Shown piece by piece: positions 11,453 through 25,474 of a stretch of 64,000 nt of DNA. Below the pieces are notes generated by a model that had not been told where the DNA came from, ran no database searches, and worked only from the letters and a program-made list of their open reading frames with translations. The DNA is from Dehalococcoidia bacterium. GTDB taxonomy: Bacteria > Chloroflexota > Dehalococcoidia > Lucifugimonadales > Australimonadaceae. The stretch covers positions 1,662-65,661 of the forward strand of contig DAOUJK010000006.1 of assembly GCA_034422795.1 (NCBI GenBank), read 5' to 3'. Position 1 is the first letter of the stretch, and every line of letters begins with the position of its first letter. Position numbers and translations under genes: made by a program.

Positions 11453-14400
11453 ATGACATCGCTCATGCCCCGTGTCAACCGCGCCCCGATGCATCCCGTA
11501 AAGTCCTACGCCCGCACGCACCAGGTACTGGAGCCTTCCAACCTCGTCAATATCCAGCTCGAGTCGTTCGATGCGCTCAAGACGACCGGCATCCGTGAAG
11601 TGCTGGACGAGATCAATCCGGTGCAGGACGTTACCGGCAACCGGTTCGAGCTGCGCTTCGGGGCGCACTCGTTCCGCGAGCCCCGCTACTCGGAAGAGGA
11701 GTGCCGCGCGCGGGAGGTAACCTACGAAGCGCCTCTCTACGTCACGGTCGAGTTGGAGGTGAAGGAGACCGGCGAGGTCAAGGAGCAGACGCTCTTCTTC
11801 GGCGACATCCCGATGATGACCTCCACCGGTACTTTCGTCATCAACGGCGCCGAACGCGTCGTTGTGAGCCAGCTGGTGCGTTCGCCCGGGGCCTACTTCA
11901 CGCGCGTGCAGGACCCCAGCACGGGCCGCAACGTCTCCTTCTCGAAACTCATCCCCTATCGGGGCGCGTGGCTGGAGTTCGAGACCAGTCCCCGCGACGT
12001 GATCTCGGTGAAGATAGACCGCAAGCGCAAGTTGCCCGTCACCACGTTCCTCCGCGCCATCGGCTACAAGACCGGCTTCGCGACGGACCAGGAGATACTC
12101 GACCGGTTCGCCGACGTGGACGACGACCCTGAGCACCCCTACATCCGCACGACGCTGGAACGCGACACGGCGGTGCAGAACGAGGCGCAGGCGCTGATGG
12201 AGGTCTACCGCAGGCTCCGCCCCGGCGAGCCTCCCAGCGCGGAAAGCGCACGCACGCTGCTGGACAACCTCTTCTTCAACCCCCGCCGCTACGACCTGGG
12301 GCGGGTCGGGCGGTACAAGATGAACCGCCGCACCGGCAAGGACGTGCCGCAGGACAGCCGCACCCTCACCGCAGAGGACATCATCGAGATGATCAAGATG
12401 ATGATCCGCATCAACAACGGCGCGGCCAACCCTGACGACATCGACCACCTGGGAAACCGCCGCGTCCGCGCAGTCGGCGAACTCATCATGAACCAACTGC
12501 GCGTGGGCCTGCTCCGCATGGAGCGCGTGGTCAAAGAGCGCATGACGATCCTCGACCAAGGCGAGGCCACGCCCAGCGCCCTCATCAACATACGCCCCGT
12601 GGTCGCCGCGGTGCGCGAGTTCTTCGGGGGCTCCCAGCTCTCCCAGTTCATGGACCAGACGAACCCGCTGGCGGAGCTCACGCACAAGCGCCGTCTCTCC
12701 GCGCTTGGCCCGGGCGGACTCTCCCGCGAACGCGCCGGGTTCGACGTACGGGACGTGCACTACTCCCACTACGGCCGCATCTGCCCGATCGAAACCCCGG
12801 AAGGCCCGAACATCGGCCTGCTCGGCTCTCTTGCCACCTACGCCCGCCTCAACGACTACGGCTTCATCGAGACGCCCTACCGGAAAGTGCTGAAGGACAT
12901 CTCCAGCAAAGACCCGGATATCCAGGGCCGGACCGTCACCGCAACGGTGACCGGAGACGACGGCAAGGCTATCGTCCGCGCGAACCACGTCATCTCTGCG
13001 AACGCCGCGAAGAAGCTCGCCGCGCTCGACGAGCGCATGGTTGCCGTGCAGCCCTATGTGTCCGCCGATCCGGATGAGGTGGTCTACCTCCCCGCCGACG
13101 AGGAGGACAAGTTCGTAGTCGCGCAGGCCAACTCTCCCATGGACAACAAGTTCCAGCTGCTGGGGGAACGCGTGGAGTGCCGCGTTTCGGAGGACTACCT
13201 GATGGAGCCGCCTGAGCGCGTGGACTACATGGACGTCGCGCCGATACAGATAGTCAGCGTCTCCACCGCCCTCATCCCGTTCCTGGAGCACGACGACGCC
13301 AACCGGGCGTTGATGGGCTCCAACATGCAGCGCCAGGCGGTCCCGCTCATCAAACCGGATGCTCCACTGGTGTGCACCGGCATGGAACAGCGCATCGCAC
13401 GCGACTCGGGACAGATGGTGCTCGCCAAGGCCACGGGAGTGGTCACTTCCGTCACGGGCGAGGTGGTTGTTGTGAGGAGCGACGACGGCAAGGAACAGAC
13501 CCACGTGCTGCGGAAGTTCATCCGCTCCAACCAGGGCACGTGCCTCACGCAGCGGGCCATCGTCTCTGTCGGCGACGCCGTAGCTGAGGGAGACCCGCTC
13601 GCCGACAGCTCTTCCACGCAGGAAGGCGACCTCGCGCTGGGCCAGAACGTGCTCTGCGCCTTCATGGCCATGGAAGGGTACAACTTCGAGGACGCCATCA
13701 TCGTCTCTGAGAACCTCGTGCGCGACTCCAAGTTCACGTCCATCCACATCGAGCGGTACGAGGTCGAATCACGCGACACGAAGCTGGGTCCCGGCGAGAT
13801 CACGCGGGACATCCCAAGCGTCGGTGAAGACGCACTCCACAACCTGGACGAGGAAGGCATCATCCGGATAGGCGCGGAGGTAGGGCCCGGCGACATCCTC
13901 GTCGGCAAGGTAACGCCGAAAGGCGAGACTGAGCTGACGGCCGAGGAGAAACTGCTGCGCGCCATCTTCGGGGAAAAGGCCCGCGACGTTAAGGACACCT
14001 CTCTCCGCGTCCCCCACGGTGAGCGCGGCAAGGTCATCGACGTGAGGGTCATGTCGCGGGATAACGGAGACGAACTCTCCCCCGGCGTGAACAAGCTCGT
14101 GCGCGTGTGGGTCGCTCAGACCCGCACCCTCTCCGAAGGCGACAAGATGGCCGGACGCCACGGGAACAAGGGCGTCGTCTCCCGGATCATGCCGGTGGAG
14201 GATATGCCTTACCTGCCGGACGGCACTCCCGTGGACATCATCCTCAACCCCATAGGAGTGCCCTCCCGCATGAACCTGGGGCAGGTGCTGGAGACGCACC
14301 TGGGCCTGGCCGCCCACAAGTTGCGTTTTCGCGCAGCGACCCCCGTATTCGACGGCGCGACCGACGCGGACATCCGCAACGCCCTTGCCCGAGCGTGGCT

Positions 14401-15340
14401 CTTGGAGCGCGCAGGAGCGCCCGGCAGCGACCTCGACACGTCCGAGGGCTACGAACCGGACTGGGCAAGGGCCCGCGCGTGGGTCGCCGAGCGTGGCTAC
14501 GACGCAGACCGCGCATTCGACGACACGGACCGCGACTCCAACTACGCTTCCTCGATAGGACTGCGGCTCTGGCTTGACGACCTCGCAGAGACGTACGAGG
14601 AGGCAACGGGCGAGCAGCTGGACATGGGGGACGAGTCGTTCGACGCTCTGTACAGCGAGGCGCTGCGCGTGGGACGTGTGCTCAACGCCGCCGCTCCGGT
14701 GCTCGGCAAGTCGGTGCTCTACGACGGCCGCACCGGTGAGCCGTTCAACAATCCGGTCACCGTGGGCTACATCTACATGCTCAAGCTCATACACCTGGTC
14801 GAAGACAAGATACACGCACGGTCCACCGGCCCTTACTCCCTCATCACGCAGCAGCCGCTGGGGGGTAAGGCACAGTTCGGCGGACAGCGCTTCGGGGAGA
14901 TGGAAGTGTGGGCGCTGGAAGCCTACAGCGCGGCCTACAACCTCCAGGAGATGCTCACCGTCAAGTCCGACGACGTGGTCGGGCGCGTGAAGACCTACGA
15001 GGCCATCGTGAAAGGCGAGGAGGTCGTGCAACCCGGCGTGCCGGAGTCCTTCAACGTGTTGCTCAAGGAACTGCAGAGCCTCGGCCTCGCTGTGGAACTC
15101 CGGTACGAGGAGGACCAAGGCGTCGTCTCCTCCCGGTTCACCTACACCGGTGAGGAGGAAGAAGAGGACGAACTGGAGGCCGTCGCGCCGATCCCCATCG
15201 AGCCTGTCGCGCCGTCCTGGGAAGCGGACTTCGCGCCCCTGGAAGAGCCGGACGGGGACGTGGCCACGAACGTGCGGATAGACCTGGGCGCTTACGCTCG
15301 CAAGGCCTCCGAGGAAGAGAGCGAGAGCAACGGGGACTAG
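11453..15340 (+). CDS. rpoB: DNA-directed RNA polymerase subunit beta
   Basis: RpoB-like over the full length (e.g. [26 protein letters not shown]). Start is ambiguous (GTG 11402, ATG 11453/11465/11489). Acidic C-terminal tail. Confidence 0.97.
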   Translation: MTSLMPRVNRAPMHPVKSYARTHQVLEPSNLVNIQLESFDALKTTGIREVLDEINPVQDVTGNRFELRFGAHSFREPRYSEEECRAREVTYEAPLYVTVELEVKETGEVKEQTLFFGDIPMMTSTGTFVINGAERVVVSQLVRSPGAYFTRVQDPSTGRNVSFSKLIPYRGAWLEFETSPRDVISVKIDRKRKLPVTTFLRAIGYKTGFATDQEILDRFADVDDDPEHPYIRTTLERDTAVQNEAQALMEVYRRLRPGEPPSAESARTLLDNLFFNPRRYDLGRVGRYKMNRRTGKDVPQDSRTLTAEDIIEMIKMMIRINNGAANPDDIDHLGNRRVRAVGELIMNQLRVGLLRMERVVKERMTILDQGEATPSALINIRPVVAAVREFFGGSQLSQFMDQTNPLAELTHKRRLSALGPGGLSRERAGFDVRDVHYSHYGRICPIETPEGPNIGLLGSLATYARLNDYGFIETPYRKVLKDISSKDPDIQGRTVTATVTGDDGKAIVRANHVISANAAKKLAALDERMVAVQPYVSADPDEVVYLPADEEDKFVVAQANSPMDNKFQLLGERVECRVSEDYLMEPPERVDYMDVAPIQIVSVSTALIPFLEHDDANRALMGSNMQRQAVPLIKPDAPLVCTGMEQRIARDSGQMVLAKATGVVTSVTGEVVVVRSDDGKEQTHVLRKFIRSNQGTCLTQRAIVSVGDAVAEGDPLADSSSTQEGDLALGQNVLCAFMAMEGYNFEDAIIVSENLVRDSKFTSIHIERYEVESRDTKLGPGEITRDIPSVGEDALHNLDEEGIIRIGAEVGPGDILVGKVTPKGETELTAEEKLLRAIFGEKARDVKDTSLRVPHGERGKVIDVRVMSRDNGDELSPGVNKLVRVWVAQTRTLSEGDKMAGRHGNKGVVSRIMPVEDMPYLPDGTPVDIILNPIGVPSRMNLGQVLETHLGLAAHKLRFRAATPVFDGATDADIRNALARAWLLERAGAPGSDLDTSEGYEPDWARARAWVAERGYDADRAFDDTDRDSNYASSIGLRLWLDDLAETYEEATGEQLDMGDESFDALYSEALRVGRVLNAAAPVLGKSVLYDGRTGEPFNNPVTVGYIYMLKLIHLVEDKIHARSTGPYSLITQQPLGGKAQFGGQRFGEMEVWALEAYSAAYNLQEMLTVKSDDVVGRVKTYEAIVKGEEVVQPGVPESFNVLLKELQSLGLAVELRYEEDQGVVSSRFTYTGEEEEEDELEAVAPIPIEPVAPSWEADFAPLEEPDGDVATNVRIDLGAYARKASEEESESNGD

Positions 15341-15421
15341 CGGCGCACCCGACCTCAGGCCGGGAGCGCGGAGTGACGAACAGCGAAGCGGGGCACGCGC
15401 CCCGCAGGAAGAGCGACCAAC

Positions 15422-19756
<4,335 letters not shown>

Positions 19757-19827
19757 CCGGCTTCCATGCCGGGGCCACGCTGGCGGGTATCACAGGACCG
19801 GCGTCGGACTACGAAGGCTGGACAGGC

Positions 19828-19858
19828 AAAGGGGCGCCTCGTGAAGAGGCGCCCCTTT
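19828..19858. terminator. bidirectional intrinsic terminator between convergent rpoC and ctaB
   Basis: Perfect 13-bp stem aaaggggcgcctc / gaggcgccccttt with 5-nt loop gtgaa. A/T runs flank it on both sides. Confidence 0.7.
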
Positions 19859-19888
19859 CGTATCGCGCGGGGTTGAAGCGCGCGCCTG

Positions 19889-20761
19889 CTATGCATACCA
19901 GGGCAGCATGGGCTCGATCGCAAGGGTGGCGAAAACGAGCGCCAGGTAGAGCAGCGAGTACTTGTACGCGGTGAGCGTCGCCTCAGCGCTGCCCCCGCGG
20001 AGCAGCGGCCACGACAACCGCAGCCAGACCGCGCTGAGGAAGGTCGTCACGACTCCAAAGGTCAGGCCGCCGTAGCCTGCGGCGAGCGGCAGCCAGGCCA
20101 TCGCAGCCAGAAGAGCGACGTAGAGCAGCACCTGCCTGGCCGTATCGCGCCGCTCCGCCACCGCGGCCAGCATCGGAACGTTTGCAGCGGCGTAGTCCTC
20201 ACGCAGCAGCATGGAGAGCGTCCAGAAGTGAGGCGGCGTCCAGAAGAACACGAACGCGAACATGTACAACGCCAGGGCTGTCACCTCGCCGGAGACCGCA
20301 GCGGCCCCGATCATGGGCGGGAACGCTCCCGCTGCTCCGCCGATCACGATGTTGTTCCAGGAGCGCCGCTTCAGAAGCATCGTGTAGACCAATACATAGA
20401 CCGCCGCCGCCGCCACGGTAAGCAAAGCCGCCAACGCGTTCGCCCCCAACGCCATCAGCACCGTCGCGACCGCCACGAGTCCTGTTCCGATGAGGGCGGC
20501 GCTCCGCGCACTCATCTGTTCAGAGGGGACCGGGCGCACCCTGGTGCGTCGCATGACGGTGTCTATGTCTGCGTCCAGGCTCTGGTTGATAGCGTTCGCG
20601 CCGCCCGCGGCCAGCGCTCCCGCGACGATGACGGTCAGGAGCACCAGCCCGTCAGGCGCGGCTTCAGCCTCCCTCCAGGCCCCTGCGGCCCCCGTGACCA
20701 CAAGCAGCGCAACGATGCGCGGTTTGCACAGGGCCGTCACCCGGCGGAGGAACGGCGCCAT
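19889..20761 (-). CDS. ctaB: protoheme IX farnesyltransferase (heme O synthase)
   Basis: UbiA-family polytopic protein (NQSLDADIDTVMRRTRVRP motif). The ATG at 20761 forms an ATGA overlap with the ctaA stop. The longer ORF to 21157 overlaps ctaA and is rejected. Confidence 0.9.
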   Translation of the reverse strand: MAPFLRRVTALCKPRIVALLVVTGAAGAWREAEAAPDGLVLLTVIVAGALAAGGANAINQSLDADIDTVMRRTRVRPVPSEQMSARSAALIGTGLVAVATVLMALGANALAALLTVAAAAVYVLVYTMLLKRRSWNNIVIGGAAGAFPPMIGAAAVSGEVTALALYMFAFVFFWTPPHFWTLSMLLREDYAAANVPMLAAVAERRDTARQVLLYVALLAAMAWLPLAAGYGGLTFGVVTTFLSAVWLRLSWPLLRGGSAEATLTAYKYSLLYLALVFATLAIEPMLPWYA

Positions 20762-21639
20762 CAGCGGTCCCGTCCGAGGAGGGCGAAACTCCATTGCGCC
20801 ACCACGGCCCACCAGACGGCGGCGGCCAGTCCGAGGTGCATGATGCGCAGCTCCTGCGGCAAGCGGAGCCAGACCGCGCTTACGCCCACGGTGAACTGCG
20901 CCGCCGCCAGCAGCGCCGCGATGACGCTCACCCAGAAGGCCCAGCCTCCGATGCGGCGCGCCTGCCAGGCAGTCCACACCAGCGCCAGAAGCAATGCCGT
21001 TGCCGCCGCACGGTGCACCAGATGCACCCACGCGGCCTCTGTGCTGCTGCGCGCGTCGCACAGCGGCAGGCCGGGGCAGCCGGGGCTGTGCCCGGTCCCC
21101 ACGATGGTCCCTCCGGCGAGCACGACGAACGCCGCCGCGATGACGAGCGCACGCCACCGCCTCGCGTCCGGAGGAGGCGAGAGGCGCACATCGAGCGCTC
21201 GCACCGCTCCTCCGGTGAGGAGCGCCAGCGTCAGGAGTGAGAACGTGAGGTGCGCCAGCCGCACCATGCTATGGAGCTCGGTGAGCACCGTGATCCCGCC
21301 CAGCACGGCTTGAACGAGGATCGCCACGAGCGCCCAGACCAGCAACCGCGAGGTCAGCCGGTCATGCGCGCGAGCGCGGAAGGCGAGCGCGGCTGAGGCC
21401 GCTACCACCAGCATCGTCACGCCCGCGTAGACGCGGTGGCCGAACTCGATGGCGGTTGCACCCTCGATCTCGGGGACGAGTACGCCTTCGCAGAGGGGCC
21501 AGTCCGGGCAGCCGAGGCCGGAACCGGAGACGCGCACCCAGGACCCGTACGCGATGAGGCCCACCGTGAGCACGGACGCCACGAGGGCGAGCCATCCGGC
21601 ACGGCGGATTTCCGCCGCGCGTGACCCTTCCGCCGCCAT
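20761..21639 (-). CDS. ctaA: heme A synthase (COX15/CtaA family)
   Basis: Multi-TM protein with SGSGLGCPDWPLCEG and a second GCPGLPLC motif, plus conserved His residues (FGHRV, LVHR). Start chosen at MAAEGS. Confidence 0.85.
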   Translation of the reverse strand: MAAEGSRAAEIRRAGWLALVASVLTVGLIAYGSWVRVSGSGLGCPDWPLCEGVLVPEIEGATAIEFGHRVYAGVTMLVVAASAALAFRARAHDRLTSRLLVWALVAILVQAVLGGITVLTELHSMVRLAHLTFSLLTLALLTGGAVRALDVRLSPPPDARRWRALVIAAAFVVLAGGTIVGTGHSPGCPGLPLCDARSSTEAAWVHLVHRAAATALLLALVWTAWQARRIGGWAFWVSVIAALLAAAQFTVGVSAVWLRLPQELRIMHLGLAAAVWWAVVAQWSFALLGRDR

Positions 21640-21643
21640 CCGC

Positions 21644-21847
21644 CTACGCCGCTCCGTAAGACATAACCACGAGGAGCCCGATGAGCCCCGCAGGCAGCAG
21701 CGTCCAGACCACCTCGGCTGCCCGGCTGCCCACGATGCCACGCGAGGAGTCCCGACGAACGCGCATGCGCAGCGCCGTGACGATGATGGCCACTTCGGCC
21801 AGCGCCATGAAGCTGACGACTATCCAGAATCCTGCGTGGGGTGTCAT
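21644..21847 (-). CDS. 67-aa two-TM protein resembling the membrane hairpin of cytochrome c oxidase subunit II
   Basis: MTPHAGFWIVVSFMALAEVAIIV...AEVVWTLLPAGLIGLLVV. The second helix resembles the LEIxWTxxP motif of CoxII. No cupredoxin domain. Lies directly upstream of ctaA. Confidence 0.45.
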   Translation of the reverse strand: MTPHAGFWIVVSFMALAEVAIIVTALRMRVRRDSSRGIVGSRAAEVVWTLLPAGLIGLLVVMSYGAA

Positions 21848-21975
21848 GTCAGGCGATGCGAGCGCGCGGGCGGTCCTCCCTTGCCCCGTCGCGTCCACTC
21901 TATGGTAGCGTAAGCTGGCTGCCGCCGCCATGTCCCCTGGCCGGGATGGACGGCGGCACAACGAGGAGGTGGAGG

Positions 21976-22746
21976 ATGGCTGTACAAGAGGAAGAGTTCG
22001 ACCTGCCGGTGGACGAGGGCGCGATGGCCGTCTTCCTCTACGAGCCGGAGGATGCCGGACCGCTGCCGTCCATCATCATGGTCCACGACGCCAACGGCCT
22101 GACCGTAGAGGCGCGAGAGCAGGCCATGTGGCTGGCGGGACAGGGCTATACCGTCGCCGCGCCCGACGTGTTCCACCGAGCGGGACGGCTGCTGACAACC
22201 GCCGCACTCGGCGGCGGGCCGGACGCAACGCTGCGGATCCGCGCAGACATGACCAACGATGGTCACAGCTCGGACGTCGCGCGACTCGCGGCGTTCCTGC
22301 GGGAGCGGCCGCGCAGCGACGGGCGCGTGGGGCTCACCGGGTTCTGCCTCGGCGGACGCATCGCGTTCCTGGGCGCGACGCTCGGCGGGGTTGTGGACGC
22401 AACGGTGGCGTTCTACCCCACGCGCCTGTTGGAGTCGGACCCGGCGGTCCCCGGCTCGCCGTGGCCGGTCCATGGCGCAGGCAGCGTGACGAACCCGCTG
22501 CTCATGTTCTTTCCCGCGCTGGACGGCTTCAACCCGTACTCGAACGTTCAGGCGATCAGGGCCGCATTCGAAGACGCGGCAGACCACGTCAGGGCTGCCT
22601 GGGTGGAGGACGCCGACCATGGCTTCGCGCAGCCCGCGAGCGCAGCGCACCACCCGGAGCGGGCGGCACAGTCGTGGGAAGAAGCGCTCGCATTCTTCGA
22701 CCGTCACCTCCGGCGGGCAGCGTCGCCCGCCGCGCGCGGAGCATAG
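21976..22746 (+). CDS. dienelactone hydrolase family protein, paralog 1 (most divergent)
   Basis: GGAGG RBS before the ATG. GFCLGGR nucleophile-Cys motif and DADHGF His motif. Confidence 0.85.
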   Translation: MAVQEEEFDLPVDEGAMAVFLYEPEDAGPLPSIIMVHDANGLTVEAREQAMWLAGQGYTVAAPDVFHRAGRLLTTAALGGGPDATLRIRADMTNDGHSSDVARLAAFLRERPRSDGRVGLTGFCLGGRIAFLGATLGGVVDATVAFYPTRLLESDPAVPGSPWPVHGAGSVTNPLLMFFPALDGFNPYSNVQAIRAAFEDAADHVRAAWVEDADHGFAQPASAAHHPERAAQSWEEALAFFDRHLRRAASPAARGA

Positions 22747-22791
22747 GCCGGAACGTACCGCTCTCCCGGTCGCCGAGAAAGGAGCAGCCAC

Positions 22792-23550
22792 ATGGACACG
22801 ATAGAACAGGTCATCGACATAGAGACGGCGGACGGCCCCATGGCCGTGCCTACCTCCCGGCCCGTGGAGGGCGGAACGAGGCCCGCGGTCATCGTCGTCA
22901 TGGGGAGTCCGGGCGTGAGCCCCAACATCGTGGGGATCGTCGACCGTTTCGCGCAGGAGGGGTACGTGGCTGTCGCACCGGACCTCTACCATCGCGCCGG
23001 CAGGCTGCGCTACGCCACCGTCGAGAAACGCCAGGAGATGCAGGGAGAACTCCGCACCAACGGCTTCAGCGACGCATCCATCGACATGGACGTGCAAGCC
23101 ACGATCGACTATCTGCGCCGCGACCCCGATGTCGGCGTGATCGGCATCACAGGTTTCTGCCTCGGAGGGCGCGTGTCGCTGCAGTCGGCGATACGCATAG
23201 GCGGGTTGTCGGCGGCCGGCATCTTCTACGGCGGCAACATGTTCCCCGGCGACGACCAGCCGGAGGCGTTCTCTGCCATACGCGAGTCCGGGACACTTGC
23301 CGTGCCGGTCATAGGCTTCTTCGGCGAGGAAGACCGGAACCCCACGGCCGAGGAGGCGCGCTCGCTGGACGCGCACCTGACGGACCTGGGGAAGGAGCAC
23401 GCCTTCTACTACTACGAAGGAGCGGGCCATGCATTCTTCAACGACGACTCTCCCGGTTTCCGTCCCGGACCGGCAGCGGACTCCTGGGAGAAGATCCTCG
23501 CGTTCTTCGACCGCCACCTCCGGCGTGCTGCATCGCCCGCCGTACGCTGA
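22792..23550 (+). CDS. dienelactone hydrolase family protein, paralog 2
   Basis: MDTIEQVIDIETADGPMAV..., GFCLGGRVS, GEEDRNP, GAGHAFF. Highly similar to paralogs 3 and 4. Confidence 0.88.
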   Translation: MDTIEQVIDIETADGPMAVPTSRPVEGGTRPAVIVVMGSPGVSPNIVGIVDRFAQEGYVAVAPDLYHRAGRLRYATVEKRQEMQGELRTNGFSDASIDMDVQATIDYLRRDPDVGVIGITGFCLGGRVSLQSAIRIGGLSAAGIFYGGNMFPGDDQPEAFSAIRESGTLAVPVIGFFGEEDRNPTAEEARSLDAHLTDLGKEHAFYYYEGAGHAFFNDDSPGFRPGPAADSWEKILAFFDRHLRRAASPAVR

Positions 23551-23595
23551 GCAGGGCCGGACCAGCCTCCGACCCGGGCAAGAAGGAGCGCCCGC

Positions 23596-24336
23596 ATGGA
23601 CACCACGGAAGCAGTCATCGATATAGAAACGGCAGACGGACCGATGGCCGTGGCCACCTCCCGCCCTGTGGAAGGCGGAACGCGGCCCGGAGTCATCGTG
23701 ATCATGGGAGGGACCGGAGTAACCCCCAACATCGTGAGCATCGTCGACCGCTTCGCCCGTGAGGGGTACGCGGCCGCCGCGCCGGACCTCTACCACCGCG
23801 CCGGCAGGCTGCGCACCATCCCGGCCGAGAAGCTGTGGGAGATGCGCGACGAACTCCGCGCCAACGGCTTCAGCGACGCGTCCAACGACATGGACGTGCA
23901 GGCCACCATCGACTATCTCCGCAACGACCTCAACGCAGGCCCCGTAGGCATCGTTGGCTTCTGCCTCGGCGGGCGGGTCTCGCTGCAGTCCGCGATCCGC
24001 GCCAGCGGGTTGTCGGCGGCCGCCGTCTTCTATGGCGGGTTCATGTTCCCCGGCGACGACCAGCCGGAGGCGTTCTCCGCCATGCGCGAGTCGGGGACGC
24101 TTGCCATCCCGGTCGTTGGCTTCTTCGGGGAGGAGGACCAGAACCCCACACCGGAGCAGGCGCGGATGCTGGACGCGCACCTCAGCGACCTCGGGAAGGA
24201 GCACGCGTTCCACTACTACGAAGGCGCGGGTCATGCGTTCTTCGGCGACGACTCTCCCAGCTACCGTCCCCATGCAGCGGCGGACGCCTGGGAGAAGACG
24301 CTCGCGTTCTTCGACCGCCACCTCCGGCAGGTATAA
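23596..24336 (+). CDS. dienelactone hydrolase family protein, paralog 3
   Basis: MDTTEAVIDIETADGPMAV..., GFCLGGRVS, GEEDQNP, GAGHAFF. Confidence 0.88.
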   Translation: MDTTEAVIDIETADGPMAVATSRPVEGGTRPGVIVIMGGTGVTPNIVSIVDRFAREGYAAAAPDLYHRAGRLRTIPAEKLWEMRDELRANGFSDASNDMDVQATIDYLRNDLNAGPVGIVGFCLGGRVSLQSAIRASGLSAAAVFYGGFMFPGDDQPEAFSAMRESGTLAIPVVGFFGEEDQNPTPEQARMLDAHLSDLGKEHAFHYYEGAGHAFFGDDSPSYRPHAAADAWEKTLAFFDRHLRQV

Positions 24337-24388
24337 TCGCGCTTCGCCACTACCGCACTCCCGCCGATACCGCACTCCCGCCATTACC

Positions 24389-24415
24389 GTCATTCCCGCG
24401 AAGGCGGGAAACCAG
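24389..24415. repeat. dispersed hairpin repeat (gtcattcccgcg-N-cgggaa.ccag family)
   Basis: gtcattcccgcgaaggcgggaaaccag. Related copies at 26956-27004 and 51506-51551. Confidence 0.7.
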
Positions 24416-24487
24416 CCCTCTGTCGTGCGGAGGTGGAGCGAACAGAACAGCGCGCATCAGCGCACGCAAGCACGAAGGAGCACTCGC

Positions 24488-25222
24488 ATGGACACGATAG
24501 AGCAGATGGTCGACATAGAGACGGCGGATGGGCCGATGGCAGCGCCGACGTCGCGCCCCGCTGACGGCGGCGCGCACCCGGCGGTGATCGTCGTCCAGGA
24601 AGTGTTCGGCGTGAACGCGAACATCGAGGGCATCGTGCAGCGTTTCGCGCAGGAGGGCTACATCGCCGCAGCGCCGGACCTGTACCACCGCGCCGGAAGG
24701 CTGCGCACCATCCCCTACGACAAGCTGCAGGAGATGCGGGAGGAGGTGCGGGCAGGCGGCTACGGCGACGCGTCCATCGACATGGATGTCCAGGCCACGA
24801 TCGACTGGCTGCGCAGCGACCCGAACGTCGGCGCGATAGGCATCGTGGGCTTCTGCCTCGGCGGGCGGGTCTCGATGCAGTCGGCGATACGCGCGAAGGG
24901 ACTGTCGGCCGCAGCCATCTACTACGGCGGGTTCATGTTCCCCGCGGACGACCAGCCTCAGGCGTTCTCCGTGATCCGCGAGGCCGAAGCGCTCTCGGTC
25001 CCGGTTGTGGGCTTCTTCGGTGAGGAGGACCAGAACCCGACGCCGGAGCAGGTCAGGACGCTGGACGAGCACCTCACCGCCCTCGGCAAGGAGCATGCGT
25101 TCCACATCTATGCGGGCGCGAACCACGGCTTCTTCTGCGACGAACGCGCCGGACACCGTCCTGAAGCGTCGGCGGACGCGTGGGAGAAGACGCTTGCTCA
25201 CTTCGCCAAGCACCTGAGTTGA
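24488..25222 (+). CDS. dienelactone hydrolase family protein, paralog 4
   Basis: Internal ATG of the listed ORF 23954..25222, preceded by GAAGGAG. MDTIEQMVDIETADGPMAA..., GFCLGGRVS, GEEDQNP, GANHGFF. Confidence 0.85.
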   Translation: MDTIEQMVDIETADGPMAAPTSRPADGGAHPAVIVVQEVFGVNANIEGIVQRFAQEGYIAAAPDLYHRAGRLRTIPYDKLQEMREEVRAGGYGDASIDMDVQATIDWLRSDPNVGAIGIVGFCLGGRVSMQSAIRAKGLSAAAIYYGGFMFPADDQPQAFSVIREAEALSVPVVGFFGEEDQNPTPEQVRTLDEHLTALGKEHAFHIYAGANHGFFCDERAGHRPEASADAWEKTLAHFAKHLS

Positions 25223-25270
25223 TGCGGGAGCCCTCTGCTCCCTGCAGACGAGTGGTGAGCGAACGACTAC

Positions 25271-25461
25271 CGTCATTCCGAGCGAAGCGCAGCGGAGTCC
25301 GCGCTTCGGCGCACGGGACCCTCTCGGGAGCCCTTCGACAAGCTCAGGACGAGCGGGCCTGCACTCCCGAGCATTCCCCGAGAGATGTTTCGACTCCGCC
25401 TCCGGCTACGCTCAACATGACAAGGCATAGACCGGCTACGCTCAACATGACAAGGCATAGA
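25271..25461. repeat. composite of dispersed intergenic repeat families ending in a perfect 30-bp tandem duplication
   Basis: gtcattccgagcgaagcg; ccttcgacaagctcaggacgagcgg (25332-25356); gagatgtttcgactccgcctccggctacgctcaacatg (compare 50075-50114); ccggctacgctcaacatgacaaggcataga occurs twice at 25402-25461. Confidence 0.8.
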
Positions 25462-25474
25462 GAGGAGATGGGAC

